Numbered from the stretch's first letter, positions 1-10,032 are shown. The stretch: 53,682 nt of DNA from a virus (IMGVR_UViG_3300037393_000027:1-53682); one strand, 5' to 3'. The notes: generated by a model from the sequence alone, not told the origin. Numbers and translations are program-made.

Positions 1-216
1 CTGATACCAGCGGCGGAAGGCCGTCTCGCGCTTCGGGTCCTTGAAGGCCGGAGAGGCTGCGTAAGGGACTCCATCAGGGTCGGTATCGGGCTGCGATGCG
101 CCTGTCGCCCACCGATCAAAGGCATCCGCTACGCCGTGACTGGTACTCGGCGTTGGTGGGGCTGGCCCCTCCCGCTGCGAAGCCCAAGCATCAAAGGCGC
201 TCGCGACATCAGCCAT
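1..216 (-). CDS. 5' part of a probable large internal virion/ejection protein (runs off the window)
   Basis: Own translation: ATG at 216 overlaps the end of the upstream ORF; open to the window edge (MADVASAFDAWASQ...ETAFRRWYQ); last in the structural operon. Confidence 0.5.
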   Translation of the reverse strand, partial: MADVASAFDAWASQREGPAPPTPSTSHGVADAFDRWATGASQPDTDPDGVPYAASPAFKDPKRETAFRRWYQ

Positions 217-1807
217 AGGTCTCCGCCATGAACTGCTTGACCTTCTCCTCGATCTGCTGCTGGTTCAGTCCGGGGAACTTCATGCGAGCCCGCTGCCTTG
301 CCGTATCGGCCGCCCCCGGAGGCGCCTTCGGCTTGGCCACGGGCTTCCCGGCCTGAACGACGGTCGGGGCAGCGGCGGGCTTGCTCGCCCGCTTGACGTC
401 CTTCTGGCTGACCTCGGCAACTCCCTTAGTCTTCGCGCCGCCAGCAAACGAAGGCACCGGCCTTCTTTTCCCAGTTCTGCGGTTGACCTGGATAATCCCC
501 CTGGTCTCCCATTCGTCGGGAGTACCAGGCTCAACGCCCTCCTTCGAGAATTGTCGGAGAACCTTCAGTGCCCCCTCTTCGGTCTGGTGACCGCGAGTCA
601 CGGCGTCGGAGAGCTGCTCTGCCATGAGGGCGGCGTCGTCCGAATCCTCCGACATGTCCACGATCTTTTTGGCGACATATCTGGTCAGAACGTGCGGCCT
701 CTCTCCGTTGTTCTTTTTGAATTCGGCCAAGACCTCCGGAAGCTCGTCCTTGCTGACGCCGAGGAGCGCCTCGCTCTTTTTTCGATCGTACTCGGAGGCC
801 GCGTCTCGCGACGCGGATACTATGTCTGTGTACTTGATCTTGGCGCCGTCATCGTTATTGCTACCGCCCTTCTTCGAGGCTCGATAATCGATCAGACTTA
901 CCTGATCCGACAAGTGGCGCATTTCGCGCGCCAAGGCAATGCGATCCGAGAGGGCCATGCGCTCGCGGATGTTTCCCTCGCGCGAGTCCATCATCTGCTC
1001 TTGGTGACCCTGCCTCCCGAGGCGCTCTCCCTGCTGAAACTGCTGTTTCTGTAGGTCGGCAGCCGACGCCTCCAACTTAGCTTCATTCTGCAAACTCTGG
1101 GCAGTCTCCGAGTCGGCCGGAATCAGCCCGGCCCGCACGGCCTCCAGGCCGGTATTGCGTGGAGAGAGCTGCTTGAAGCGATCGAACGGAGTGGCCTGGA
1201 CAATCGGAATGCCCTTCTCTTTCGCGTAGAGACGGGCCGCGTTCGCCTGGTGAACGGGCAGATCGTTGAGGGCCTCGCCAGAAAAGTAGTTAGGGTCGAC
1301 CTGTTGAAGGCGGGCTATCTCCTTCTGCTTCTCGGCGTTCGGACCGATCGCTCCGGCCAGACTGAGGGCCAAGCCGGCGGGACCAGGGATCAAGGAGTTC
1401 GGGCCAATCGGATGATCGATATAGTCCGGCATGGCGGCGGCCCTGGCCTGAGCAGCAACATGCTCGTCCTTACGCTTCTGGACGGCAGTCTCCCAGGCTG
1501 TGCCGGCCTCGGGGATCTCCTTGGCCAGCGCCTTGCGGTTCTGGATCACCGAGACCATGGCCGGCACCTCAGGGTACTGGCTGCCGTACTTCTTGACGAG
1601 CGCTGCCCCCCAGGTGTCGGCCAGCTCGGGGGCTTGCTGCATCATCTTGAACGCACGGTCAATCTCCGCCTGATCCTCAGCAGCCTTCTGTTCCTGGCGC
1701 TGACGCCATCCGCCCACGATGGACGAGATCGCACCACCAAGACGAGACGCTTGGTGCGAATAAAAGTCAGGGTCCGAGACGCCTGTACCGATGATGTTAT
1801 CGGCCAT
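209..1807 (-). CDS. putative internal virion (ejection) protein
   Basis: 532 aa, helical and Gln/Ala-rich, N-terminal LGGAISSIVGG segment; lies downstream of nozzle genes as in podoviruses. Confidence 0.55.
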   Translation of the reverse strand: MADNIIGTGVSDPDFYSHQASRLGGAISSIVGGWRQRQEQKAAEDQAEIDRAFKMMQQAPELADTWGAALVKKYGSQYPEVPAMVSVIQNRKALAKEIPEAGTAWETAVQKRKDEHVAAQARAAAMPDYIDHPIGPNSLIPGPAGLALSLAGAIGPNAEKQKEIARLQQVDPNYFSGEALNDLPVHQANAARLYAKEKGIPIVQATPFDRFKQLSPRNTGLEAVRAGLIPADSETAQSLQNEAKLEASAADLQKQQFQQGERLGRQGHQEQMMDSREGNIRERMALSDRIALAREMRHLSDQVSLIDYRASKKGGSNNDDGAKIKYTDIVSASRDAASEYDRKKSEALLGVSKDELPEVLAEFKKNNGERPHVLTRYVAKKIVDMSEDSDDAALMAEQLSDAVTRGHQTEEGALKVLRQFSKEGVEPGTPDEWETRGIIQVNRRTGKRRPVPSFAGGAKTKGVAEVSQKDVKRASKPAAAPTVVQAGKPVAKPKAPPGAADTARQRARMKFPGLNQQQIEEKVKQFMAETYG

Positions 1808-1810
1808 GAG

Positions 1811-1972
1811 CTACTTGTCCTTATTGTCGATGTCCTCAAGGAGTCTCGACAGTTCTGCGTCTTTCTTGAGCGCCTCCTCGTCTCCGAGCCGCCCATCCTT
1901 CATGGCCGGTGGTCGCCCCGTGTCCTTGTTCAGCTTCAGTGCCGCGCCGAAGGACCAGTTGTCAAAGCTCAC
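1811..1972 (-). CDS. small hypothetical protein
   Basis: GTG start with AAGGAGG upstream; fills the gap in the operon. Confidence 0.5.
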   Translation of the reverse strand: MSFDNWSFGAALKLNKDTGRPPAMKDGRLGDEEALKKDAELSRLLEDIDNKDK

Positions 1973-2138
1973 GGCCCGCCTCCTTCCCGAACATGGCATC
2001 CAGGATGGCGGGCAGGATGGCGTCGCTCACGAAGAAGTAGCGCCTGAACTCGTCGTCCTTCGCGGCGTATGAGGTCCAAAAGTCAATCTGTGCTTCTTCT
2101 TGCATGACCGCCTTGACCCACCCAATCGGTGTAGCCAT
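1962..2138 (-). CDS. small hypothetical protein, 58 aa (not in ORF track)
   Basis: GGAGGAGG RBS, ATG directly after the upstream stop; MATPIGWVKAVMQEEAQIDFW...GKEAGREL. Confidence 0.5.
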   Translation of the reverse strand: MATPIGWVKAVMQEEAQIDFWTSYAAKDDEFRRYFFVSDAILPAILDAMFGKEAGREL

Positions 2139-3095
2139 TTAGCCTCCTCCGAAGATCTCCCGAATCAGGTCCGCGTAGCCAGCCGCTCCTGGCTGCCCAG
2201 GAGTCTGCGTCGTGTAGATCTGGCCAGGAGATCCGGCACCCTGCGAGTTGGCCGCCTGAAGCAACGGACCAAGCCACCCGAGCCGGTTCTGGTTGAAGTC
2301 ATCGTACGCCATCCGGCTGAAGTTGTCCTGTCTCTGCTGCTCGTACTGGCCCATGTTGAAGGGGTCCATGATCCGATTGCGGGTCATCTGCTCCTGGAGC
2401 GCGGCGCTGTCCAGACCGAGCTTCGTGCCCTGGAGCGCTCGGTCCTCCTGGAGGTTCGCGAAGCCGGAGAGAAGCTGGCCAAGGAGCTGGTCCTGCGCGA
2501 GTGAGTTCTCCGCACCGATCTCCGCCGCCTTGCCGCCAGCCCAGGTACCGAAGCGGTTGCCGTCGAAGCCGGCCGTAGCCATGGCCGAACCGATCTGCTT
2601 GTCGCGATTCAGGTCCATGACCGGAACCGCTTGCGCGAAGAGGTTCCATGGGTCGGTCATCGGGTTGTACTGCTGCTGCGGAGCCGCACCACCGCCCATC
2701 GATGCGGGAGGACCCTGACCTGCCCATCCGGTCGTGTTCACCCCGCCCATCGGTTGCTGGCCACCTCCGGGAGTGCCGCCACCCGGCATCGGAACGAACG
2801 GACTGCCGCCACCACCAGGAGCAGGAGGCTGAGCACCCGGGGGTGCGCTAGGCCCAGGAGCACCTGGCGTAGGCGCGGTCGCCCTTCCTGCCTGCCGACG
2901 AGCGCGGTTGGCCACCTGCTGCGGCGTAAGGGCCGCTAGGGCGTCCTGGCGGGCCTGCTGACGAGGATTGAGTTGCCGACCAGGGCGAGAGGTGGGCGTA
3001 GGCACAACGTCGTTCTGGCGCGGCACTCCGGGCGGCGGAGGGGCGGCTGGCATTGGCGGCTGATTGCGAAGTCTGCTCTGTTCTGGATCGATCAT
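2139..3095 (-). CDS. putative ejection/DNA-transfer protein
   Basis: Pro/Gly-rich N-half; C-half helical with AGFDGNRFG and Gln-rich segments resembling podophage pilot proteins; GAGGAG RBS. Confidence 0.55.
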   Translation of the reverse strand: MIDPEQSRLRNQPPMPAAPPPPGVPRQNDVVPTPTSRPGRQLNPRQQARQDALAALTPQQVANRARRQAGRATAPTPGAPGPSAPPGAQPPAPGGGGSPFVPMPGGGTPGGGQQPMGGVNTTGWAGQGPPASMGGGAAPQQQYNPMTDPWNLFAQAVPVMDLNRDKQIGSAMATAGFDGNRFGTWAGGKAAEIGAENSLAQDQLLGQLLSGFANLQEDRALQGTKLGLDSAALQEQMTRNRIMDPFNMGQYEQQRQDNFSRMAYDDFNQNRLGWLGPLLQAANSQGAGSPGQIYTTQTPGQPGAAGYADLIREIFGGG

Positions 3096-3103
3096 CTCAC
3101 TCC

Positions 3104-4627
3104 TCAGTACAGGGGCCGCATCAGGGCAGACATGGTGGCGTTGGCGGATGCGACTTCAGCGGGCGTTGGGCCTCCGCCCCCTCTCCCGCCAGACATCCCG
3201 CCGCTCCTCTCACCGCCGGCATCGGCGGGAGCCCCTAAGTCGACGCGAATCCTGTGCCCGTCTCGCATCACGTAAGCGGGACCATCGGCCAGTCCGGCAG
3301 TCGGGTGGTAACCGGACCCTTCCGGCATGTCCAGACCGCTGTCGTGCGAGTTAGCCGCAAACTCGTAGCCGTACTCTCCGCGAGTCGGCGGCCCAGTCCC
3401 CCAGCCCCAACCCCAGTCGGAGCCGCCGTTCGGGTCATCTGGCTTGAAGGGGCCAGCATTTCCGCCGGTCGGGCTGAATCCGTAGCCACCGCCGAGCATC
3501 GAGAAAATGTCGTCGCTGCTGAAGCCGGAGTCATGGAGACGAGTCATGTACGAGTCGAAGTTCTCGCCATGCTGAGGAGCTGGTAGGGTTGGGCTCGGGA
3601 ATCCGGACGTATTCGTCGTCCCGGCAGTCGGGTCCCGAAGCCATCCAGGAGTCATGTAGTCCAGGTAGTTGGTGTCCACTCCGCCACGGGTGTTCTCACG
3701 AAGCTGCTGGCCAACGTGCGGGGCAACGGGGCTGTTGCCAGGCGACCATGGGTCACCAGCGCCGAAACCTGAGCCTCCGTTGGTGTTCACATTAGTAGAG
3801 CCAGGTCCGGACCCCGGATTACGCCCAGGGCCTTGACCGGCGCCGTGTCCGCTTCCGGCACCCCCGCCTCGACCACTGCCCGCACCCACTCCACCTCCGC
3901 CTCCGCCTCCGCCACCATGCGCTCTTCCACCGCCCGGAGCGATGACGGGCGGCGCTACCGCAGCCGGAGCATGAACGCCTCCGCCGCCAACGAAGCGAGT
4001 CGGAGGGTACGGCCCAGGGGTTCCCGGAGTGATGGGCTGCCAGTCCACGAAGCTTGGCTGATGCGTGATGCCTTGGTACGGGGTCCAGTTGAGAGCATGA
4101 CCGCCTCCGCCGCCGCCCTTGCCCTTACCACCCCCGGAAGGAGTTGACGTGCTCTCTCCGGGCGGCTTCGACTCCGGCCCATCCCACTCGCTTGCTACGC
4201 CACGTCCCATGTCGACCAGTCCGGTGCCGGGGCCATTCGCGGGGCCGTAGCTTGCGCCGGGACCGCTGAAGAAGTTGTACGGATAGCCGCCACTAAGCCC
4301 TTCCGGAGTCTGCCCACCGCCGGGACTGCGGACGTTGGCCTCGTGGCCCGAGACGAGTCGCCCAGCGATGTTGCGCGCCAGAGAGCCACTTGCACCGGCA
4401 TGACCAGCCAGCCAGCTCAGCCAGCTCGGAACTTGATAATCGGGGTTGCCAAGATTGGCTCCGGTCGATGCCCCGGCCAGGTAGCCGAGCAGGTTCTGCC
4501 GCGCACCGGGAAAGTCGCCGCCCGCCGCCAAGGACGACGCGTAGGACGGATCGATGCCGCCACCCGAGTTGTCGATCGGGGAGCCGGTATCCCATCCGCC
4601 GTAGGGGCTGTATCCGGTGTCAGGCAT
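3104..4627 (-). CDS. Gly/Pro-rich low-complexity protein, probably virion-associated
   Basis: 507 aa ORF tightly coupled in the structural operon; poly-Gly tracts. Confidence 0.6.
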   Translation of the reverse strand: MPDTGYSPYGGWDTGSPIDNSGGGIDPSYASSLAAGGDFPGARQNLLGYLAGASTGANLGNPDYQVPSWLSWLAGHAGASGSLARNIAGRLVSGHEANVRSPGGGQTPEGLSGGYPYNFFSGPGASYGPANGPGTGLVDMGRGVASEWDGPESKPPGESTSTPSGGGKGKGGGGGGHALNWTPYQGITHQPSFVDWQPITPGTPGPYPPTRFVGGGGVHAPAAVAPPVIAPGGGRAHGGGGGGGGGVGAGSGRGGGAGSGHGAGQGPGRNPGSGPGSTNVNTNGGSGFGAGDPWSPGNSPVAPHVGQQLRENTRGGVDTNYLDYMTPGWLRDPTAGTTNTSGFPSPTLPAPQHGENFDSYMTRLHDSGFSSDDIFSMLGGGYGFSPTGGNAGPFKPDDPNGGSDWGWGWGTGPPTRGEYGYEFAANSHDSGLDMPEGSGYHPTAGLADGPAYVMRDGHRIRVDLGAPADAGGERSGGMSGGRGGGGPTPAEVASANATMSALMRPLY

Positions 4628-4942
4628 TTACTCTCCAGCAAGACTGGCCAGGTGTTCGTTGGTCTGCTGTAGCTCTCGAAGCTGTAGTCCGCGATTTTCG
4701 AATCCGCCCTTGTAGCTGGCCAGCTCGCGCTTCATCTTGGCGAGCGCGGATTCGGCCAATCGGGCCTTGCTGGCGTACTTGGCCAGGAGGGACTCCAGGT
4801 CGCCCATCCTGCCCGGCTGAAGGCGCACAGCCACCCACAGTTTCGTCTTCTCGTCGAGAAACTGGATGAACGGACCGCCGTGATCCGTCTGCGCGACACG
4901 ATACTCGCCGCCTTCGAGGACTGCGATCGGGGTCACGCTCAT
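4628..4942 (-). CDS. hypothetical coiled-coil protein
   Basis: 104 aa, ATGA overlap with the upstream gene; C-terminal heptad-like helix. Confidence 0.55.
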   Translation of the reverse strand: MSVTPIAVLEGGEYRVAQTDHGGPFIQFLDEKTKLWVAVRLQPGRMGDLESLLAKYASKARLAESALAKMKRELASYKGGFENRGLQLRELQQTNEHLASLAGE

Positions 4943-5745
4943 CGTCCGCTCACCCCGTTGTTGTAGGCGATCCCTGGGACGTTGCGATTCACACCGTAAT
5001 AGACGTCGTTCGTCTCCTGCCAGGTGGGCTCGCGCCCAAGCTGCTCGCGGAGAACCTGAGCGATGTCGCCAGAGTGCATGGAGGTGGCGCCGGAACCGCT
5101 AGTCCAGTTGGTGCCGTAGCGGCCGAACATGTCGGCGTTTTGTTTCTGGCCCCAGTTGTTCGGATCGTAGTTCTGCCAGGAGTAGCTCTCGCCACCCTGG
5201 CCCGTGCCCATGTAGATCTCCTGCTTGCCGGTCTGCGGATTGATCCGCGTCTGGCCGCGATTCGCGCCACCGTACATCTCGTGATGCGTCTGCGCGCCGG
5301 GGACTGAACCCGCGAACACCTGACCAGCGGGAGGGGTCGGGTACGGCGTCGACGGCTGCGGCCCAGGGGCATTCGGCAGTGGGTTCGACGGCATCGGATG
5401 CTCGCCACTGCCGGGCGGAGGAGGCTGCGGCATGAACAGGTTGATGAAGCTCGGATCTCCGGGCTTCGGCGCAGCGCCGCCAGGGGCGCCCGGGGGCTTG
5501 TACGGCTCCACCATCGGCGGCGTGTAAGGAGTCGATGGCACCGGGTTTCGGAGACCGCGCACGGGCTGATTCGGCTTCGGCTTGCCCATCGGACCACCGA
5601 GTCGAGTCGGCGGAGGCGTACGGACAGGAGGCATCGGCTTCTGCATCGGAGCCGGAGCGCCAGGCGCAGGAACTCCCGGAGCAGGCTTGCCGAACACCTT
5701 CGGCGCCACGATGCTGTTGCCGTTATCCCAGTTGGTGCCGAACAC
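4939..5745 (-). CDS. Pro-rich low-complexity protein
   Basis: Likely GTG start at 5745 overlapping the upstream TAG (track start 5925 overlaps the previous gene). Confidence 0.55.
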   Translation of the reverse strand: MFGTNWDNGNSIVAPKVFGKPAPGVPAPGAPAPMQKPMPPVRTPPPTRLGGPMGKPKPNQPVRGLRNPVPSTPYTPPMVEPYKPPGAPGGAAPKPGDPSFINLFMPQPPPPGSGEHPMPSNPLPNAPGPQPSTPYPTPPAGQVFAGSVPGAQTHHEMYGGANRGQTRINPQTGKQEIYMGTGQGGESYSWQNYDPNNWGQKQNADMFGRYGTNWTSGSGATSMHSGDIAQVLREQLGREPTWQETNDVYYGVNRNVPGIAYNNGVSGR

Positions 5746-6887
5746 TAGCCACCTCCCTGGCCCAGGAAGCTGCGGAGATAGGCGGTGAAGTCGCCACCCT
5801 GCGGCGGCTGGGCCGGCTGAGCGCCCATCATCGGGTCGACCTGCGGTCCGCCCTGCCCGCCGGGGAACGAGAGCATCGGCGGCTGTCCCTGGCCATTCGG
5901 TGGCGGGTAAGGCATGGAAGGCCACGGCTGAGACGGCCTGCCCGTTGGCATCATCGGGTCGACGCCAGGACCACCCTGCGACTGCTGTCCAGGGCGCCAG
6001 GATGCTCCGCCGCCTCCGCCCGGAATCATGTAGTCAATCCCCGGCCCCCGCTGCGGAATCTGCTGCGGACGAGCATCGCTACCGTAGGGCCGACCTCCGT
6101 AGGAGATCGGAGGCATGGGGTTCTGTGGGTTGAACGTATCCCAGGAAGCCTGTACGTTCCCGCCCATACCGATCTTGTTGCCCCACGGAGAAGGAGGACC
6201 GATCGGTGGTCCGCCCTGCGACTGCGGAGCCCAGGGGGGAGTGCCACCCGGCTGACCGCCAGGGGGAGCCCAACCGCCTCCTCCGAAGTTCTGCTGACCC
6301 TGGATCGGCTGCTTCGGAGGGCCATACGAAGGGGCGCCGCCGCCCATGTTGCCACCAGGCATACCGCCGCCAGGACGGGGCTGCGGTGGCTGGCGACCGC
6401 CACCATTCCAGCGAGAGAGGTCGGGCTCGAATACGCCAGGACCGCCGCTACCTCCACCTTGCCCGCCACCCATCAGCCCCCCGCCAGTCTGGTTGCTCAT
6501 CTGCGGATCGTACCCACCGACTCGACCGCCGTTGTAGGTGGGGGCGTTTGGACGAAACTGACCTGAAAAGGGCATCTGGGAGCCTCCGCCTGGGTTCGAG
6601 TAGCTGGGGTTCATGAATCTGCCGAGTACTCCGTTGATGCCACTGAGGGCTTCGGACGGGCTGGATTCCGAGTATCCCTGGGCCATCCGCAGGGAGTTCT
6701 GGAGCATCGGGCTGAGGCCGGGATCGAGGTTGCCCTGGTACGTCGGGAACGGTGTCCCCGAGTTCATCAACTGCTCCAGGGTCCGATAGACGTCCTGGGC
6801 CATGTGGTAACCCGGAGGGCGGGTAGCCCCGGTCTGATGGACCTGGGTTTGTCCCGGAGTCCCTAGTAGCGTTTCCTGTAGACCCAT
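5745..6887 (-). CDS. putative ejection protein with long Gly/Pro/Gln-rich tail
   Basis: 380 aa, AAGGAG RBS; ordered-looking first ~100 aa then low complexity. Confidence 0.6.
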   Translation of the reverse strand: MGLQETLLGTPGQTQVHQTGATRPPGYHMAQDVYRTLEQLMNSGTPFPTYQGNLDPGLSPMLQNSLRMAQGYSESSPSEALSGINGVLGRFMNPSYSNPGGGSQMPFSGQFRPNAPTYNGGRVGGYDPQMSNQTGGGLMGGGQGGGSGGPGVFEPDLSRWNGGGRQPPQPRPGGGMPGGNMGGGAPSYGPPKQPIQGQQNFGGGGWAPPGGQPGGTPPWAPQSQGGPPIGPPSPWGNKIGMGGNVQASWDTFNPQNPMPPISYGGRPYGSDARPQQIPQRGPGIDYMIPGGGGGASWRPGQQSQGGPGVDPMMPTGRPSQPWPSMPYPPPNGQGQPPMLSFPGGQGGPQVDPMMGAQPAQPPQGGDFTAYLRSFLGQGGG

Positions 6888-6896
6888 GGCGACTCC

Positions 6897-7418
6897 TTAA
6901 GGGACGACGAACAAATTTGGGAAGCTCGCGTACGTGAACCAGGTATTGACCGACAACACGTTGAAGTTGGTTCCCGCATTAGAGGTCTTCGCCACCAACT
7001 TGACAGTATAGGCCGTTCCGGACTTGAGCTCTACGATCCAGGAACCGGACAGGGAGCGGGCGTCGTCGACCGAGCGGACGGTCGTCTCGATCCGCCCATC
7101 TTGCGCGGTCCCGTTGACCACCAAGGCTCCTGAGAAGGCGTGCGTGACCGCCCCGAAGACCGAACAGACCGGCTCGAATGTCGCCCAGACCATGATCGAC
7201 ATGTCGACGTTCGGAGTGAAGGTTGTCGTGGCCCCGGTGATGTCGACGTCCGAGGTGGTTGCGATCGAGGTGTTCGTACTGCACGCCACTCGCGCACCAG
7301 CGGTCGGTGCCGGATGCTCAACGGCCTGCTGGATGATCCCGAGATCCTGAGCAAGGACCGTGAGGCCGGCGCCCGGCCACCACTTCTGAAAGAGCTGGCG
7401 ATAGGTTGAGAGGCTCAC
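6897..7418 (-). CDS. tail-associated beta-rich protein
   Basis: 173 aa, Thr/Val-rich beta-sandwich-like sequence directly after the nozzle gene. Confidence 0.55.
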   Translation of the reverse strand: MSLSTYRQLFQKWWPGAGLTVLAQDLGIIQQAVEHPAPTAGARVACSTNTSIATTSDVDITGATTTFTPNVDMSIMVWATFEPVCSVFGAVTHAFSGALVVNGTAQDGRIETTVRSVDDARSLSGSWIVELKSGTAYTVKLVAKTSNAGTNFNVLSVNTWFTYASFPNLFVVP

Positions 7419-9340
7419 AGCTCAGTCCCCCTGATCGATCCGCCGCGAACCACCGTGATGACGAGGCGCTCCGGGCTACCAGTTACCGGGTACGGAGCCG
7501 TCAGCCCGAACGAGAAACGGAACCGCAGCGCGTGGGCGGCTCCTGGATCGCTCGGGTCGAAGCATGCCTGTACCGGGATGCTGAACGTCAGGTTGGTGTC
7601 GAAGTTCAGAAACTGACTGACGGACGGGTTGATCCACGTCGTTCCGCCGTCGCGACTGACCGAGACCAGGAACTGCTCCGGCGAAGAGTTAGTGGCGTTG
7701 GTCACTCGCGGCGTCAGCCAGATCGTTGCGGTCTGAGCTGTCTTGTAGAAGAGGGGGTCCCCGAAGTCGAGATCGTCCGTGGTCAGGTAGTAGGTCGGTT
7801 GTGCCTGGACCGGGTAGGAGATCGGATCGCTGGCGATCGAATCGTCGAGCTGGAAAAGGATGTTGCTGAAGATTCCACCCGTCACCCAATTCACCGTTGA
7901 GAACCCACAGAGGGAGCGCGCCGCGTTGTAGCCAGCCACCGGATGGTTCGCCCCGAAGGCGGCCCAGATCGGCATCGGGAAGCCCATGGGCCACCAGGTA
8001 TTGCCCTCGAACTGATACAACCATGCGACGCTGCTTGGAGTTCCGCCCTGCCAGAGCGTGTATTCCATGCGCTCCGGGTCGAAGCTGCCGAAGAAGTAGT
8101 CCTGACTGGCGTTGGCCGTCGCCATGAGGCGGTAGCGGATCTCGCCGTCGCCGAGGCTCTTGGTCTCGTTGCCATCGAAGACGCAGACGTCGTTGTCGGA
8201 CGTCATGAAGATCTCGATTCCGCCGGCCCCCTTCAGGGTGCGGTGCGCGTCGCAGCCCTTGACCGCATTGCTCTTCTGCCAGGAGAGCGGCGGATCGGAG
8301 TTGCCCGTTGGCCGCCCCTGGACGATTCCGTTCGGCCAGTGGACCGTCACGATGTTGCCGATCATTCCGAGCGTCGTGATCCGGCCATTGCCCATGCTGA
8401 TCGGAACCTGACCGCCCGGAGACGTCGTCCACACGGCTGTGTTCAGGTGCGACGAGTAGTAGACGTTGTTCGTGTTGCCACCGATGACGATCCGACCGTC
8501 CTGGAGGGCTTGCACGCCAGCGATCCGCGTCAGGCCCGGAATCGTGTCGAGGCCCGCCACGTAGGCGCTGCTGCCGGTCAGGTAGGTCGTTGGCGAGGCC
8601 GTGTTGTAGATATCGGCTACCTTGATGACGGCACACTTGGCCGTTCCGTCCGCCCCGCCGATCGTCGTCCCGGCAACGTACAGGTCGCCGTTGAAGATGG
8701 TCGCGAAGATGTCTGGCGAGTTCGGGTTGAGTTGATGGATGCCACCGCCCGAGACGTCAGTATGCAACTGCCAGTTGCGCGTGATGATGTAGCTCTTGCC
8801 GGCGCCCGTCGCCCCGGTATAGTTCGAGGCCAGAGTGATCGACAGATCCGTGTTGACCGAAGCGATCTTGTACCAGGTCGAATCGATCAGCATGTACTGA
8901 CCGGCCGTGATGAAGCGCGCCGACCAGGCTGTCCCGGTGCCAACGATCGCGGTGGACCCATTCGTCGCGGCAATCGTGCCGGTGTTGTAGCGAGGAGTGG
9001 CCGCTACCCAGCCCGTCGTCGAGTTCGGATAGACCAGGATCTGCATGCTGGTAATCAGAACGATGAAGTCTGAGCTGCCCAGCGTATCGGCCATGATGAT
9101 GAGCGGCAGCTCGCCCTTCATCAGCGCGCCACCGGTCGGCGTGGCCGCAGTCGGCTGCGAAACCAGAGCAGCGAAGCCGCCTCGTCGCTGAAGCCGATTG
9201 TTCCGGACCATGAAGTTCATCGAGTCGCGCCAGATGTAGGGGGCGTTCGACTCCGGGTCCAGGCTGCGCGGCACGGCAGACGACATCTGGCCGAGAGCCA
9301 AGGACGGGAAATACTTACTCACAGTCCCGTCGTCGCTCAT
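7415..9340 (-). CDS. tail nozzle / DNA-stabilisation protein (P22 gp10/T7 gp12-like position)
   Basis: 641 aa, beta-propeller-like pattern, N-terminal NFMVRNNRLQRRGG and C-terminal DLDFGDP..YK motifs; follows the adaptors. Confidence 0.65.
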   Translation of the reverse strand: MSDDGTVSKYFPSLALGQMSSAVPRSLDPESNAPYIWRDSMNFMVRNNRLQRRGGFAALVSQPTAATPTGGALMKGELPLIIMADTLGSSDFIVLITSMQILVYPNSTTGWVAATPRYNTGTIAATNGSTAIVGTGTAWSARFITAGQYMLIDSTWYKIASVNTDLSITLASNYTGATGAGKSYIITRNWQLHTDVSGGGIHQLNPNSPDIFATIFNGDLYVAGTTIGGADGTAKCAVIKVADIYNTASPTTYLTGSSAYVAGLDTIPGLTRIAGVQALQDGRIVIGGNTNNVYYSSHLNTAVWTTSPGGQVPISMGNGRITTLGMIGNIVTVHWPNGIVQGRPTGNSDPPLSWQKSNAVKGCDAHRTLKGAGGIEIFMTSDNDVCVFDGNETKSLGDGEIRYRLMATANASQDYFFGSFDPERMEYTLWQGGTPSSVAWLYQFEGNTWWPMGFPMPIWAAFGANHPVAGYNAARSLCGFSTVNWVTGGIFSNILFQLDDSIASDPISYPVQAQPTYYLTTDDLDFGDPLFYKTAQTATIWLTPRVTNATNSSPEQFLVSVSRDGGTTWINPSVSQFLNFDTNLTFSIPVQACFDPSDPGAAHALRFRFSFGLTAPYPVTGSPERLVITVVRGGSIRGTEL

Positions 9341-10032
9341 CGACCACCTCGACGACTACGAGCCGATAGGCGGTAGCCGGACAGCCGCATAGTCTCCCGG
9401 CGCGGGCGGTCCTCTTCAACCGTCGCAGCCTTCTGGGAAGTGATGGCCTCCAACTTGGCCGCCTTGTACTTCTCACTGCGGGAGACCGGAATCTCGCCCA
9501 CCATGTCAACCATCGGATGCACCAGGAAGTACTTCTCGGCAGCGGCATAGACCACGGCCATGTGGTACTGCGGAGGGACGATCGGCGAGTCGTTCAGGTC
9601 GCTGTCGCCGAGGTCGTCCAGGTGCTTCTGGAGACGGATCTCGACGGTCGTAGCGACGTTCGCCGTGCCCCGCAGCCAGATGCGGTTGCCGTCCCTCTGG
9701 TAGTGGGTGACCGGACCAGCGAGAGGCTTTCCAGTGGTCGTCAGGTAGCGACGACGCCCTGTCATGCCGCCCACCTCGGGATACATCGGAACCCCATCCG
9801 TGATGTTGGTCATGTCGAGCAGCGCGAACATCGGGCTGAGCGACTCCACGAAGACGAAGTCGTTACCGGACTGAACGGTTACCTGCTCTCGTGTATTCAG
9901 CTCCGGCAGGTCGATCAGGAGACCGATGTTGCGGTGAGCCTCGGAGAGGTGAACGTAGGCTTCCTGCTTGACGGAGCCCGCGTCCCCGCACGCCTGAAGG
10001 TAGAGCTGGCGAATCTGAGCCCAGGTCATCAT
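9337..10032 (-). CDS. head-tail adaptor protein (paralog 2)
   Basis: Likely start MMTWAQIR at 10032 (ATGA overlap); P.HY..DGN.IWL and SPIVPPQYHMAVVYAA motifs typical of podophage adaptors. Confidence 0.65.
   Translation of the reverse strand: MMTWAQIRQLYLQACGDAGSVKQEAYVHLSEAHRNIGLLIDLPELNTREQVTVQSGNDFVFVESLSPMFALLDMTNITDGVPMYPEVGGMTGRRRYLTTTGKPLAGPVTHYQRDGNRIWLRGTANVATTVEIRLQKHLDDLGDSDLNDSPIVPPQYHMAVVYAAAEKYFLVHPMVDMVGEIPVSRSEKYKAAKLEAITSQKAATVEEDRPRRETMRLSGYRLSARSRRGGR

Noticed and set aside
3840-3990. CCGCCT/CCGCCG short tandem repeats
   Set aside because: Explained by poly-Gly codons in the 3104-4627 ORF
7943-9073. 376 aa plus-strand ORF and similar long ORFs (5535-6566, 9517-10287, 17037-17816, 49821-50681)
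   Set aside because: Fully overlap stronger minus-strand genes and show no recognisable motifs
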